Positions 1 through 12,404 of a stretch of 64,000 bases of DNA are shown here, in pieces. Position 1 is the stretch's first letter. The number at the start of each line of letters is the position of its first letter. Below the pieces are notes generated by a model, which searched no databases, had not been told where the DNA came from, and was given only the letters and a program-made list of their open reading frames with translations. The position numbers and the translations under genes are program-made. The DNA is taken from assembly GCA_951406725.2 (NCBI GenBank), contig OX597823.1, positions 15,872,001 through 15,936,000 of the forward strand, in the 5' to 3' direction. The DNA comes from Octopus vulgaris. Its lineage: Eukaryota.

Positions 1-645
1 TTTACAGTAGGTTGGTAGAGCTTAAGTCCGATGATGTCCTGGGGGGGGGGGACTCTTGGCTTCGACGAGAGGCAGCTTGTCAGCCTGTTCGGGAGAACAT
101 TCGGGCCGAGATTTTTGGATAACTTCCAGAAATCCTTGGCCTGGTTGTACTACCGATCGGCCTCACCAGTTCGGAAGAGGTTGTCAAGGCATGGTTATGA
201 CACCTCCCCTATGGAAGACTCGTGCGAAAGGGATTGCGACAGGCCAATTCATCTTTGGACGTGGGCTGGTGGATTACTTCATCGCCCACCTCTCTAGTAA
301 GATCCGTCTGAAGAGGAGGAACCTGTCGCAATGCATGTTTGAAAAAAGATGGATGACAGTTGTAAGAAAGATAAGACTGAACGGGGCCATGCTGGCACGG
401 TCGGTCAAAAAATAAAAGGATAAGGAAAAGGTGACCAAAAAAGGAAAAAACGAGCGGCGGGTTAAATCATTAACCCGAAACTAATTTATTATTCGCCATT
501 TATATTTTTAATTTTTCATTCGTAATTGTAACTTCATCCATTTTTAAATCATATGTGTAAGAATGTATGTCCCTCCCCTACATGTCTTTTGTATGTCCTT
601 GTTATGTCCCATCTATGTAAACCTTTTTATAAGGGAATAAAGAAA
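1..645 (+). pseudogene. Decayed 3' end of a Tx1/L1-like LINE (ORF2 C-terminus plus 3' UTR)
   Basis: Peptide GRTFGPRFLDNFQKSLAWLYYRSASPVRKRLSRHG aligns with [36 protein letters not shown] of the LINE at 27.9-29.4 kb. Frameshifted; ends in aataaagaaa like that copy. Confidence 0.75.
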
Positions 646-944
646 TTCTTTTAGTTCTAGTGCTTCTAAGGTCTAACCACTGACCACAGAGCACACAGCC
701 AGTTCCAGCGACTACACCAGCAACAACATGGAGAAACATCAACACTTCGTCCAGCAGCATACAGGACCTCCATCTCCGTCACCTACAACATCTTTACGTA
801 CACAGCAACATTCACCCAGGTTCTATCCCCACACTGTTTGTGAATTACTTCACCATGATTAACAGCAAATACAACCTGCGAAATCTTCATATATCAAGTG
901 ACTGGCAGCGGCGTAGTAGCCACAACTTCTTACACAACATGTGT

Positions 945-1112
945 TTCAACCACGCGGCTCCGGCAGAAAGTAATGGCCAATTTTTGCTGACTCTTTCGCC
1001 ACAACTTTCTCTCACTCTTTCCTCTGCATCTTGCAGCTCACCTGGTGGGGAACCTATACGCCAAGGAAACCGGGAAACCGGCCCTGATGAGCCAGGCGTG
1101 GCTCGAGAAAGA
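945..1112 (+). mobile_element. SINE fragment sharing the central domain of SINE family A but with a different 3' tail
   Basis: cacgcggctccggcag and actctttcgccacaactttctctcactctt match the family A body. The tail ...gaaaccggccctgatgagccaggcgtggctcgagaaag is followed by (TACA)n. Confidence 0.55.
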
Positions 1113-1431
1113 ATATACATACATACATACATACATACATACATACATACATACATACATACATACATACATACATACATACGTACGTACGTACGTAATA
1201 CCCTGTTGTTGATGCTGAAATTCAAATGAAGGAGCCTTGAATCTAGGCTAGAAACCGGCTCTTTCTCTATTGGCAAGAAATCTTGAAATAAACTGAATAA
1301 TGACATACATACATACTTAGATATATGCATACAAAAATACTCTGTTGATGTTGAAATTCCAAGATCTAAGTTAGAAACCAACTCTTTTCTGTTGTCATGA
1401 AATCTTGAAAGAAAACTAAATAACGACATCG

Positions 1432-1478
<47 letters not shown>

Positions 1479-1481
<3 letters not shown>

Positions 1482-1643
1482 GGTCCCGGGTTGATTCGGG
1501 GTTAACCACAGTAAGTAAGGTACTCAATACATAGCAGAGTAAAATTATTATATATGAAGGAGCTTCTACAGGATATATATTCAAGAGAAATCTTCAGGAA
1601 GCTTCCTGAAGATTTCTCTTGAATGAAACATACTAGTCCTGTA
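1479..1643. mobile_element. Short Penelope-type remnant with a 46-bp perfect palindrome and hammerhead-like motif
   Basis: Perfect palindrome 1579-1624. Plus-strand agcttc-CTGAAGA-tttctcttgaat-GAAAC-atactagtcct-GTA at 1600-1643. Flanked by (TA)n. Confidence 0.6.
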
Positions 1644-1654
1644 TATATAATAAA

Positions 1655-1690
<36 letters not shown>

Positions 1691-2656
1691 TGCATGCATG
1701 CTGCATGCACATATATATACATGCATGCATGCATACATACATTCATACATACATACATACATACATACATACATACATACATACATACATACACATATAC
1801 ATTCATACATACATACATACATATGAGTGCATAAGTTTGCTCACACGCATATGTGTGTGTGAGAGAGAGATAGTGAGAATGTGCGTATAATTGCATACGA
1901 AACTGGTTGATTGAGATGTGTGGGCAGACTCAATCAATATGGTTCAGATATACCGAAATGCTAACAGCATCATGATTATTTATATTTCTTCATATTGAAA
2001 CAATGCCGTAGCAAGTCGCAGCTAATAAAATCCTAATCGCGATCCCGTAACCTTTGCCACGTAGATAAACCTAACCTCTCACCACCGAACCATAGAGATA
2101 TAACTTCGCTTTACGTTTTATTAAAAGAAAGCTGATAAGCTATTTATCTTTATATTTACGTTTGTATTTATTTATCTAAGTATTAAACAAACACAGATGG
2201 AATAAACAGAGTTCTAAATAACAGATAATCTATCTGCAGCTTTTTATAATTTGAGAACATCCAGACGATCATGTTGGCAATCGTTGTTCGGAGGGATGGT
2301 CAGTGGTTCGTGCCCGGTCAGTGACCAGGCACCTGTTATTTTCATTATGTGTCATATACACAGCGTCGACAATCATGGACCTCCACTTTCTTCCCCAGCA
2401 CACTATTTAGTCAGTTATTGAATTAGTATTTCTACAACAATAAGCTGGTGTCTTGTCTCTGAAACTTGCTTGGTTTCATCTTCTTTTCAGTTGCCTAGTT
2501 GTCCACTGAATATTGAAGGCTTTAGTTGATGTCCAATGACCTTAGTCTGTCGCCTTCATAAGTTGTAAAGAGGTTTTCGGGCGGTTTCTGCTCGTCTAAG
2601 TACTTCGACGTTTGTTACTAAATCTGTATAGAATATCATCGATATTCTTCAAAGGA

Positions 2657-2868
2657 AGGCGGCGAGCTGGCAGAAACGTTAACACGCAGGGCGAGATGCT
2701 TAGCGGTATTTCGTCTGTCTTTATGTTCTGAGTTCAAATTCCGCTGAGTTCGACTTTGCCTGTCATCCTTTCGGGGTCAATTAAATAAGTACCAATTGCG
2801 AACTAGGGTCGATAAAAATCGACTGCCCTTCCCCCCAAATTCGGGCCTTGTACCTAGAGTAGAAAAGA
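2657..2868 (+). mobile_element. tRNA-derived SINE, family C
   Basis: ggcggcgagctggcagaaacgtt...gagttcaaattccg (B-box-like)...cctttcggggtc...aataagtacc...ggggtcgat; homologous segments recur several times in the window. Confidence 0.75.
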
Positions 2869-3033
2869 ATACTCTTCTAAGGAACAACATCTTTGCAAAA
2901 TTGATAAACTTTTGTATTTGTTTGTTGATGATTTAAGCCATACAGCCATATATAAAAATAAATCCTTTTCACTCTGACCCCATGCCCACAAAAAAAAAAC
3001 TTTGTTTCTACTTATCTGCAAACAAATGTCAAA

Positions 3034-3196
3034 GTAGAGGTATAGTCCACAACGAAGTAGTCGTACAGTTCACCACATTGTAGTGATACATTTCACCATA
3101 CAGTAGAGGTATAGCTGGCCACATAGAAGACGTATAGTCCACTACACAGTTGAGGTAGAGTTCACTACCATTGTAGACATATAGTTAGCCACATAG
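3034..3196. repeat. Degenerate 23-bp minisatellite (~7 units)
   Basis: Units such as gtagaggtatagtccacaacgaa, gtagtcgtacagttcaccacatt, gtagaggtatagctggccacata. Confidence 0.65.
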
Positions 3197-3660
3197 ACAT
3201 GTGTATATGAAAAGATATTCATTGTCTTTCAGAGTCGAATACTGGTTAAGATTTATCTCAGATCTAAGGTACTTTTAAGCCCAATGGGAATAGAAGTGTT
3301 GACGTAGCGAACCTGAAAAGTTGGCAACTAACTATCAGCACGCTGATGGACACCTCGATGCCTTCTGACTAAAATAACATCGCGACGGAAATGGAGAATC
3401 AGTCTAAGTACAAGATTCACAAAATTTAAATAAAAAAGACATAAGACATGAAAATAAAACAGTACCGTTAACCATTGAGGCTCTATGTATCATTTAGAAT
3501 ATGAAAAAAGAAATAACATAAGAATCATACCGGGCCTCAAAGTGTTAAACAGACTGAAAACAGCTTTGCTAGGCATGGTTACACTCTATTCAAGATTCTT
3601 CCAGTTCAATAGCACAACTCAAAACAGCACACCATCTGCATACAACTCATACTCTGTGCA

Positions 3661-4044
3661 TGGAAGCACTCCGTCGGTTACGACGACGAGGGTTCCGGTT
3701 GATCCGAATCAACGGAACAGCCTGCTCGTGAAATTAACGTGTAAGTGGCTGAGCACTCCACAGACACGTGTACCCTTAACGTAGTTCTCGGGGATATTCA
3801 GCGTGACACAGAGAGTGACAAGGCCGGCCCCTTGAAATACAGGTACAACAGAAACGGGAAGTAAGAGTGAGAGAAAGTTGTGGTGAAAGAGTACAGCAGG
3901 GATCACCACCATCCGCTGCCGGAGCCTCGTGGAGCTTTAGGTGTTTTCGCTCAATAAACACTCACAACGCCCGGTCTGGGAATCGAAACCGCGATCCTAT
4001 GACCGCGAGTCCGCTGCCCTAACCACTGGGCCATTGCGCCTCCA
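3661..4044 (-). mobile_element. tRNA-derived SINE, family A (full length)
   Basis: Head ggaggcgcaatggcccagtggttagggcagcggactcgcgg...ggtttcgattccc (A/B boxes). Near-identical to three other copies. Imperfect TSD actctg(t/a)gca. Confidence 0.9.
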
Positions 4045-5379
4045 CACTCTGAGCAATAACCAGCGAATAAAGTAACACAACTCACGCAGCACATGTTCTA
4101 TGACATCGCCACCAAACAATCGGACACAACATGAAAGCTAGGCGACGACCACCTAATAATGTCGCACAATACATACTACACATATTCTTCCGTAATCGAT
4201 ACCCGGCACTATAAGACAAGTAACATTCTACATAGTTGCCACCCATTGATATGCCACAATCCCTACTTTACATATTCGTTAAATGATGTAACAACGATCA
4301 CACAGCAAACAAGAAACACAAACAATATAAAACAAATCAATACACTTCACGTTCTAATTGCTTTACACAAAAAGACGAAACACTTGAACAATGCTAGAAA
4401 TAACAAAAAAACAAAACAAAACAAAAAAAAAAATATTTTCCATGACGAAGAAAACGTGAAGTCTTCAGGGAAATAAAAAGACACGTAAATACAAATCTAT
4501 AATGTTGTACACACTTCAAAATATTAACGTTGTACACACAAATAATTCAACGAAATATTAGACAAACACAAAACAAACAAGAGCAACTCGTTCGCACACG
4601 AGAAACTGCCACTCGGGTCTGGTCAGGATACCTCACGATCCTGGTTTTCTTCCATTTCTGTTGGGTCCCGATAAAGCATGCGAGCAACTTGGTTGTTGAG
4701 GTGTGTAAGAAAGGACCCATGTTAAGTTCTAATAGTTTACGTTTACGTTTGTGTAACTGAGATATTTTGGTTGGATTATATAGTCATTGGTGTTACATTA
4801 CTTTCTATATTCTGTAACTATCAGAATATACTTTTCTAGGCCTGAATTTTTTTAGTGGAAAGGGGGCCAGTTGATTAGATCGACCCCAATAAGATAGTCC
4901 CTACCAACAATATATAACTTGAAGACGCGCAAAATAAGAACCCATCTCCTTACAAATCTGCTATTTAAAATCTTTCTAAATATTCTTGCAGTTCATTTCA
5001 ATCATTAGATGTTTCACACTCAACTCTGTTTGGTTTCTTTTGTTTTATTCCCAATCCTCGATAGTTTGTTGTCTATGTTCATTCCCCTTGTCCTCCTTTC
5101 TTTCAGATGACGATGAACTGCTAATACTATCAGTGGCTGTGTAGCGGGGGGAATGCCAGTTTCTAGCTTTGAAGATGAGGCGATTTCTACCCCAAGTATT
5201 GGAGCAAACGTCAGCATGTTCCGAAGTCCCTTTGTAAAATAATTCAGAAAAGACAAAAAAAAGTACTCTGGTAAAGCTTGACATTAATCTCATTTTCTCA
5301 AAGTTATCTGAAGTTACGCTTATTCAAATACAAACACAACAGCAACAACACACATAACAACCATAATGGTAATAATTAG

Positions 5380-5664
5380 TTTCAAATTTTGGCACAAGGC
5401 CAGTAATATTGGAGGAAGGGGCAAGTCGATTACATCGACTCCAGTGCTCAACTGGTACTTATTTCATCGACCCCGAAAGGATGAAAAGCAAATCGATATT
5501 GCCTGTACAGGTACACACATGTGCCACACGTCAGATGTCGAAATGATCACAGAACAACGCGACATGGAGTGTTTTGCTCAAGAACACAACTCACTGCTCG
5601 GCCCAAGAGTCGAAACTATGATCTAACGATCGTGAGTGCAACACCTAGACCACTAGGCCACGCG
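5380..5664 (-). mobile_element. Adjacent truncated SINE C and SINE D-like fragments
   Basis: 5380-5495 matches the SINE C tail (atcgaccccgaaaggatgaa). The gctcaagaacacaac...accact segment matches the SINE at 61.8-62.2 kb. Confidence 0.6.
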
Positions 5665-5681
5665 ACTTCAATAACAATAAC

Positions 5682-5749
<68 letters not shown>

Positions 5750-5760
5750 TGATGATGATG

Positions 5761-5810
<50 letters not shown>

Positions 5811-6184
5811 CTTTTACTTCTTTCAGTCATTTGACTGTGACCATGCTGGAGCACCGCCTTTAGTCGAGCAAGTCGAACCCAGCTCTTATTCTTTTAAAGC
5901 CTAGTACTTATTCTATCGGTCTCTTTTGTCGAACCACTAAATTACGGAGACGTAAGCAGACCAGCATCGGTTGTCAAGCGATGTTGGGGGGACAAACACA
6001 GACACACAAACACACACACACATATACATATATACCACGGGCTTCTTTCAGTTTCCGTCTACGAAATCCACTCTCATGGGTTTGGTCGGCCCGAGGGTAT
6101 AGTAGAAGACACTTGCCCAAGGTGCCACGCAGTGGGATTGAACCCGGAACCATGTGGTTGGTAAGCAAGCTACCACACAGCCGC
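5811..6184 (-). mobile_element. tRNA-derived SINE, family B
   Basis: Reverse complement of the 30619-31026 copy (cagtcatttgactg...gctggagcaccgcc...accacacagcc), next to an (AAT)n tract. Confidence 0.85.
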
Positions 6185-6712
6185 TAACTTTTTGTTTTTG
6201 TACGTACCTGTTGTGTGCGTCACACTTCAAAGAAATGGCAAAGCGAGAGAAAGGAAGACAGAGAGGAAGTAAGAGTGAGAAAGAGCGAGAGAGAAAGAGA
6301 GAGTGAGAAACAAAGTGAGAAAGAGAAAGAGAGTGAAAGAGACTGAGTGGTGACGGCATTTGTTTTATGTTTGCAAATGCTTATCACATCGCAAAACAAA
6401 TAGATACATAGATACATATACACATTGTTAAATCAAAAGCGAAAGAGAGAGAAGAGGGACACAAAGGAAGTGAAAGAGTAAGAGAGAAAGTGAGAGAGGC
6501 AGTAGATACATAAATTCAAAGAAAAGTTCATACACGGATGCATACACACAGCAAATATTGGATTTCAATTTCACTTTTCATTACCACACAAGGATAAAAT
6601 TAACTTACAAATGGCTGAGTACTCCACAGACATGCATAACATTAACGTAGTTCTCAAGGAGATTCAGCCTCGCACAGAATATGACAAGGCAGGCCCCTTT
6701 GAATTACAACTC

Positions 6713-6793
<81 letters not shown>

Positions 6794-6869
6794 ACACACA
6801 TACACACATAGAAATTCCGTTTACGTTTGTGTAACTGAGATATTTTGGTTGGATTATATAGTCATTGGT

Positions 6870-7254
6870 CGTGGAGGCGCAATGGCCCAGTGGTTAGGGC
6901 AGCGGACTCGCGGTCATAGGATCGCGGTTTCGATTCCCAGACCGGGCGTTGTGAGTGTTTATTGAGCGAAAGCACCTAAAGCTCCACGAGGCTCCGGCAG
7001 GGGATGGTGGTGATCCCTGCTGTACTCTTTCACCACAACTTTCTCTCACTCTTACTTCCTGTTTCTGTTGTACCTGTATTTCAAAGGGCCGGCCTTGTCA
7101 CTCTCTGTGTCACGCTGAATATCCCCGAGAACTACGTTAAGGGTGCACGTGTCTGTGGAGTGCTCAGCCACTTACACGTTAATTTCACAAGCAGGCTGTT
7201 CCGTTGATTCGGATCAACCGGAACCCTCGTCGTCGTAACCGACGGAGTGCTTCC
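6870..7254 (+). mobile_element. SINE family A with 12-bp TSD
   Basis: TSD atagtcattggt at 6858-6869 and 7255-7266. The matching empty site is present at about 4779-4790. Confidence 0.92.
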
Positions 7255-7554
7255 ATAGTCATTGGTGTTACATTACTTTCTATATTCTGTAACTATCAGA
7301 ATATACTTTTCTAGGCCTGAATTTTTTAGTGGAAATGGGGCCAGTTGATTAGATCGACCCCAGTACACAACTGATACTTAATTTATCGACCCCGAAAGGA
7401 CGAAAGGCAAAGTCGATCTCGGCAGAATTTGAACTCAGAAAATAAAAACAGACTGTCATAATATACAACCATTTCCCATTTCTCATGGCACCAGTACGCT
7501 GTTTACAGATGCTGACGTTTTTTAATATTTTCCGTGAATTTTTCACGGGTCCAG

Positions 7555-7646
<92 letters not shown>

Positions 7647-7678
7647 ACTACTACTACTACTACCACTACTATCACCAA

Positions 7679-7716
<38 letters not shown>

Positions 7717-7777
7717 ATAATAATAATAATAATAATAATAACAACAACAACATCAACAATAATGATGATGATGATGA
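7555..7777. repeat. Compound trinucleotide microsatellite (CTA/CTG/AAT/AAC/GAT)
   Basis: Read directly from the sequence. Confidence 0.95.
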
Positions 7778-8230
7778 TTTCTTTGTTGGACACAAGGGCT
7801 GAAAGAAACATTTGGTAAAATACAAAAGGTAAATGAAAAAAGTGGGACATACACAGGTGTAAACAATGAAACAATAACATCAAGAAATTTGATAACAGCA
7901 AAATTCCCTTGTAGTGGGGGAAGAACCACTTAGGATAAACCCAAGAAATCCCACCGACCATAAATCATCTTGAATAACCCCGATCGCCAAGAGCACCACA
8001 AGGAGGCACTCCTCTGGCTATCCGTTCTTTTTAGCAATAATTCTTTCATTTGTTGACAGTGCGTTCGATTTCATTCATACGTAAGGTTTACAGTAAATGT
8101 AAAAACGTGGAAGTTTACAAACGTGTTGGGGAGAACAAAACAAAATAAGATACAAATCGAGGAGACATTCAGAATTTGCTTAAAAAAATAAAGGCAGTAT
8201 ATACAAACAAATAGCTACACAGAAAATACA

Positions 8231-8626
8231 TCTTTATATATAAAACTGTAGTTGTGTGAGTGTCTGTCCCCTTCGATTTAGATTCCTAACTACTCCCACA
8301 TTTTGCGGTGCAGTTTAACCAAAACCGGGTATCTTATAGTCGTGATTCATATCGAGCCCTTCTGGGTATTAGCGCGCGTCTACGATGACTCTACGATTTT
8401 AAAAATAATTTACCATAATTTTTTATTCCATTTTCATGCATATTTTTTTAAAGGGAAGTAACTCTCTAAAAATGTCTACGATGAGTCAACGATTTAAAAA
8501 AAAAATTACCATCATATTTTTTCCATTTTTAATGCATTTTTTTGCTATTTTTTGGCTATAACTCTCTAAAAATGCTGTATAGTTATTTCCCTTACAAACC
8601 CGAGCAACGCCGGGCGATACTGCTAG
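8231..8626 (+). mobile_element. Non-autonomous Helitron
   Basis: A|TCtttatatataaaac start, 3' hairpin cccgagcaacgccggg, ends gatactgCTAG|T, no TSD. Confidence 0.85.
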
Positions 8627-8959
8627 TAATAAATAAAACAAGATATTTTAAAAACCTATACAGGATAAAAGAATAAAAGAAGTAAAGAGGCATTCAATGT
8701 GGCCCATTCACTCCCGAATGAGAACCGATCAGTGAAGTCGGATTAGAGTATTCTGTGTCTCTACCTGCCGCTTACTGTTCATACTAGTTTCTGGGACCCC
8801 TAAAAGTGCTCTTAACATTCTTTGCTTGGGACAAGACCAAAAAACATTCCTCGTCACCTGTTTTAGCTTGTGATAATACATCTGTCCTCCTTTACCATAG
8901 GGGGTGGCGTTCAACCTCAACCCCACGAAAAAAGCAACAGTGATAAATGAATCATCACC

Positions 8960-9540
8960 ACACACTTTGTAAATGAAACAAATAGTGGGGGGGGGGGGAG
9001 AAGCACTCCGTCGGTTACGGCGACGAGGGTTCCGGTTGATCCGAATCAACGGAACAGCCTGCTCGTGAAATTAACGTGTAAGTGGCTGAGCACTCTACAG
9101 ACACGTGCACCCTTAACGTAGTTCTCGGGGATATTCAGCGTGACACAGAGAGTGACAAGGCCGGCCCTTTGAAATACAGGTACAACAGAAACAGGAAGTA
9201 AGAGTGAGAGAAAGTTGTGGTGAAAGAGTACAGCAGGGATCACCACCATCCCCTGCCGGAGCCTCGTGGAGCTTTAGGTGTTTTTGCTCAATAAACACTC
9301 ACAACGCACGGTCTGGGAATCGAAACCGCGATCCTACGACCGCGAGTCCGCTGCCCTAACCACTGGGCCATTGCGCCTCCGAAACAAATAGTAGATTCAT
9401 GGACACCAAACTCTCGGCTTACAATACCGAAGCTTCCACCCATACTTATTTTCTTGATAATCTCTATCTTTTTCAGTTGAGAATACATTCGTCTGCATCG
9501 TTTGTTAGGATCAGACGCCTTCGTATTTTTTCTGTTCAAT
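8960..9540 (-). pseudogene. Tigger/pogo-type transposase N-terminal HTH fragment interrupted by a SINE
   Basis: KRCRRMYSQLKKIEIIKKISMGGSFGIVSREFGVHESTICF, then IYK after the SINE, resembles the CENP-B/psq HTH (K.EII....G......R.FG..EST). Confidence 0.6.
8987..9380 (-). mobile_element. SINE family A with 12-bp TSD
   Basis: TSD gaaacaaatagt at 8975-8986 and 9381-9392. Confidence 0.92.
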
Positions 9541-10374
9541 GGTCGGATGTTGTTGGGTGTGAGAACTTAAACCCATAGAAAAATACACATCCTCGAGGCA
9601 CGGTCATTTAAACACAAAAGACAGTCGATGCATTTTGGATAGTTGAGCTTGGGGCATATTTTTGCGGCACAAGCAAAATATTAGACTGATCTCCAACCCC
9701 TGTTATCACAAATCAATCCATAATAAGCATAATATGGTTCACAATTGAGTGAACAGGGTTATCCCGGATCAATGATGAATAAACCAGTGATAAACGAATC
9801 AAAATATACTCTAGTATAATTTTGTCCGCAGATTATTTGCGGGTCTCCTGTATTTTGACCCAAATTGTTCATGAGATATTGCTTTGCTTTTGAAACGACC
9901 GTGAATTTCATGCAGTTCTCCCCTTGTTCATTATATACACCATTAGATCAAGTTTGACCTTTATATTCTACTGGGTCTTTTCCCTCTTTTTCCTTTTGGT
10001 TATGATGCCCAAGGACAACCTTAAGCTTTACTCTAAAAGTGAAAAAGTGTTAGGTTTTTGGTAATATCTGCTTCAATTTTCAGAGATATTGAAATATAGT
10101 TCTGTTGTTGATATGTCAAGCTTGTAATAAAGATGGAAGCGGGAAAAGTAAATGTTTGGATAATGGCCGTTTTCGATAACAATGTAATATGATCATTGAC
10201 GTAAGATGAAGGTATGTAAGTATATGAGTGTGGTGTACGATAATGAGGTGAAACAGAAGGAAATGAAAGATAAAGTTGTGAATAACAAATGCTGCGGAAT
10301 CCAGAGAACTTTTGAATTTCACAAGCAGAGTTACAGAAACACACTAATATATACAAACACAACACACGAGCATA

Positions 10375-10506
10375 AACACGCGTACACACGCGTACACACG
10401 CGTACACACGCGTACACACGCGTACACACGCGTACACACGCGTACACACGCGTACACACGCGTACACACGCGTACACACGCGTACACACACACACACACA
10501 CAAACA

Positions 10507-10555
<49 letters not shown>

Positions 10556-10638
10556 ACACACACACTCACACACTTACACACTCACACACACACACACACA
10601 CACAGACATAAACACACACATACACACACACACACACT

Positions 10639-10670
<32 letters not shown>

Positions 10671-10677
10671 CACACTC

Positions 10678-10712
<35 letters not shown>

Positions 10713-10737
10713 CATTCACGCACACACACACAAACAT

Positions 10738-10780
<43 letters not shown>

Positions 10781-11140
10781 AAACACATAAACACACAAAT
10801 ACCGCCCCACAAACACACACGAATGCAAATGCGCGCATACACATGAACACATGAACGCAGTACACAAACATATACACTCATATACACATACATAGACATA
10901 AACAGGCATATACATACACACATGTACATACAGAGAAAAATATAAATGCATATAAGCACACTCCAATACACACACACATACGTACGTACACATCCGTAAA
11001 AATACTCAGAAATAAAGGCATTTGCGCAACCACGCCCACTCCCACGCAAACACGCACACATATACAGAGGAAAACAAATACAAACACACGCACACATGCT
11101 CAAACACACACAAAAAACCTCATGCACACACAAACACAAT
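10375..11140. repeat. (CGTACACACG)n 10-bp repeat grading into (CA)n-rich low-complexity DNA
   Basis: About 11 perfect 10-bp units from roughly 10380, followed by CA tracts. Confidence 0.9.
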
Positions 11141-11199
11141 TATTTGCAAGACTAAAAGGGCATGTCAGGAAAAGTGAAGAGAAACAGGTGTTGAACTAG

Positions 11200-11810
11200 G
11201 AATACCAAGGGAGAATACATAAAAAAGGAGCTAAACGCTAGAAATGGTAACCAAATCTCCACAAATTCGCATCTTATAATTACGAAGAAAAGAGAAGATA
11301 AAACCAATAAACTGTCCACAGTCTTTTCTACCCTGTGTGAAAAGCCTCTCCGAAAAGATACAAAAGATATGTGGCCCATATGACATCAGGACAGTATTCA
11401 AGAGTAATACAACACTTCACAAATATCTCCTTCGAGTAAAACCACCAATAGAAGAGAATGTGACTAAAGACTACGTGTACTCCATCCCATGCAGCTGTGG
11501 GTAGGTTATACAAAAGCGAAACATGCCGTCCCCCTCAAAATAAGGGTAAACGGACATCGCAAAGCTGTGACACGAGGAGATATTGATAAATCGGGTATAG
11601 CTGATCATGTATGGAGAAATGGAGACCACCTTCCTCTGTGGGATGAAGTTAAAATAATAGACAGAGAACACCACTGGAAAATACGAAAACTATAAGAAGC
11701 AGCACGTATGCTAGGACACAACAACCTCCTAAGCAGACCGAGTGCAGATATGAATAACATATGGGAACCGGTATTAAGGAAGGATAGGAAAATATTAGAT
11801 TGATAAGCCC
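11200..11810 (+). pseudogene. Penelope-like element GIY-YIG endonuclease remnant
   Basis: Frameshifted translation YVYSIPCSCG...ETCRPLKIRVNGHRKAVTRGDIDKSGIADHVW...WDEVKIIDREHHWKIRKL*EA is typical of the PLE C-terminal endonuclease. Confidence 0.8.
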
Positions 11811-11835
11811 TAAAATTCGCCCCATAATTGCCCAC

Positions 11836-11908
11836 GGGCATATCGCGTAGTGATTAAGAATGCGGGCTACTGACCCTAAGATTCCGAGTTCGATTCCAGG
11901 CAGTGCCC
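11836..11908 (+). mobile_element. tRNA-like short repeat (SINE head or pseudo-tRNA)
   Basis: gggcat...gtgccc acceptor-like stem, A-box-like tcgcgtagtg, B-box gagttcgattcc, followed by an AAT-rich tail. Arms are imperfect. Confidence 0.55.
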
Positions 11909-12022
11909 TGAACAATAACAATAATAGTAATATCGAAAAATGTAGGCTGATGAAACGTTGTGTTAACAACAAACAAGATGAGGACAAATATCCGTCAAAA
12001 TGTAAATAATGTTATAATCTTA

Positions 12023-12404
12023 CTAGCAGTATCGCCCGGCGTTGCTCAGGTTTGTAAGGGAAATAACTATAAAGCATTTTTAGAGTTATAGCCAAAAAAT
12101 AGCAAAAAGATGGAAAAAAATTATGGTAAATTTTTTTTTTTTAGTTAAAAAGGTGGAGTTGCGTCCCCTAGACAGTTTGCGGTTTGTGTTTCTGATTCTC
12201 GACCCCATGTCGAATGTATCGATTTTTTTCAGAACTGGGGGAACTTTTCAAAATTTTCGCTGCGTTAGTTTTGAATTATGACATTGGGCTATGTGTGTGT
12301 CAAGTTTCATCAGAATCGGTTGAAAGCCGTGGTCAGGGTGAGGGTACAAGAAAACAGACACACAGAAACACGCACAGACAAACTGCCGTTTATATAGAGA
12401 GAGA
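12023..12404 (-). mobile_element. Non-autonomous Helitron
   Basis: Plus strand A|CTAGcagtatcgcccggcgttgc...tatatagagagaGA|T; near-identical to the copies at 12854 and 41417. Confidence 0.88.

Noticed and set aside
1078-1112. CTGATGAG...GAGAAA hammerhead-like string
   Set aside because: GAAA does not directly follow stem II and there is no stem III or NUH site; better explained as a SINE tail hairpin.
1197-1430. Two diverged ~100-115-bp tandem units with a gaaaccggctc motif
   Set aside because: Reminiscent of a ribozyme-bearing repeat, but no recognisable CUGANGA-type core; left uncalled.
3709-3961. Recurrent 61-67 aa ORFs (MVVIPAVLFHH..., MFIERKHLKL...) in four places
   Set aside because: They lie within SINE A copies; recurrence reflects the repeat, not coding selection.
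11836-11908. Functional tRNA gene with an unusual ACT anticodon
   Set aside because: D, anticodon and T stems pair poorly, there is no oligo-T terminator, and an AAT tail follows, so it is SINE-like.
11945-11962. ctgatgaaacgttg after the Penelope ORF
   Set aside because: Probably a collapsed hammerhead with stem II deleted; it cannot fold, so it is not called as a ribozyme.
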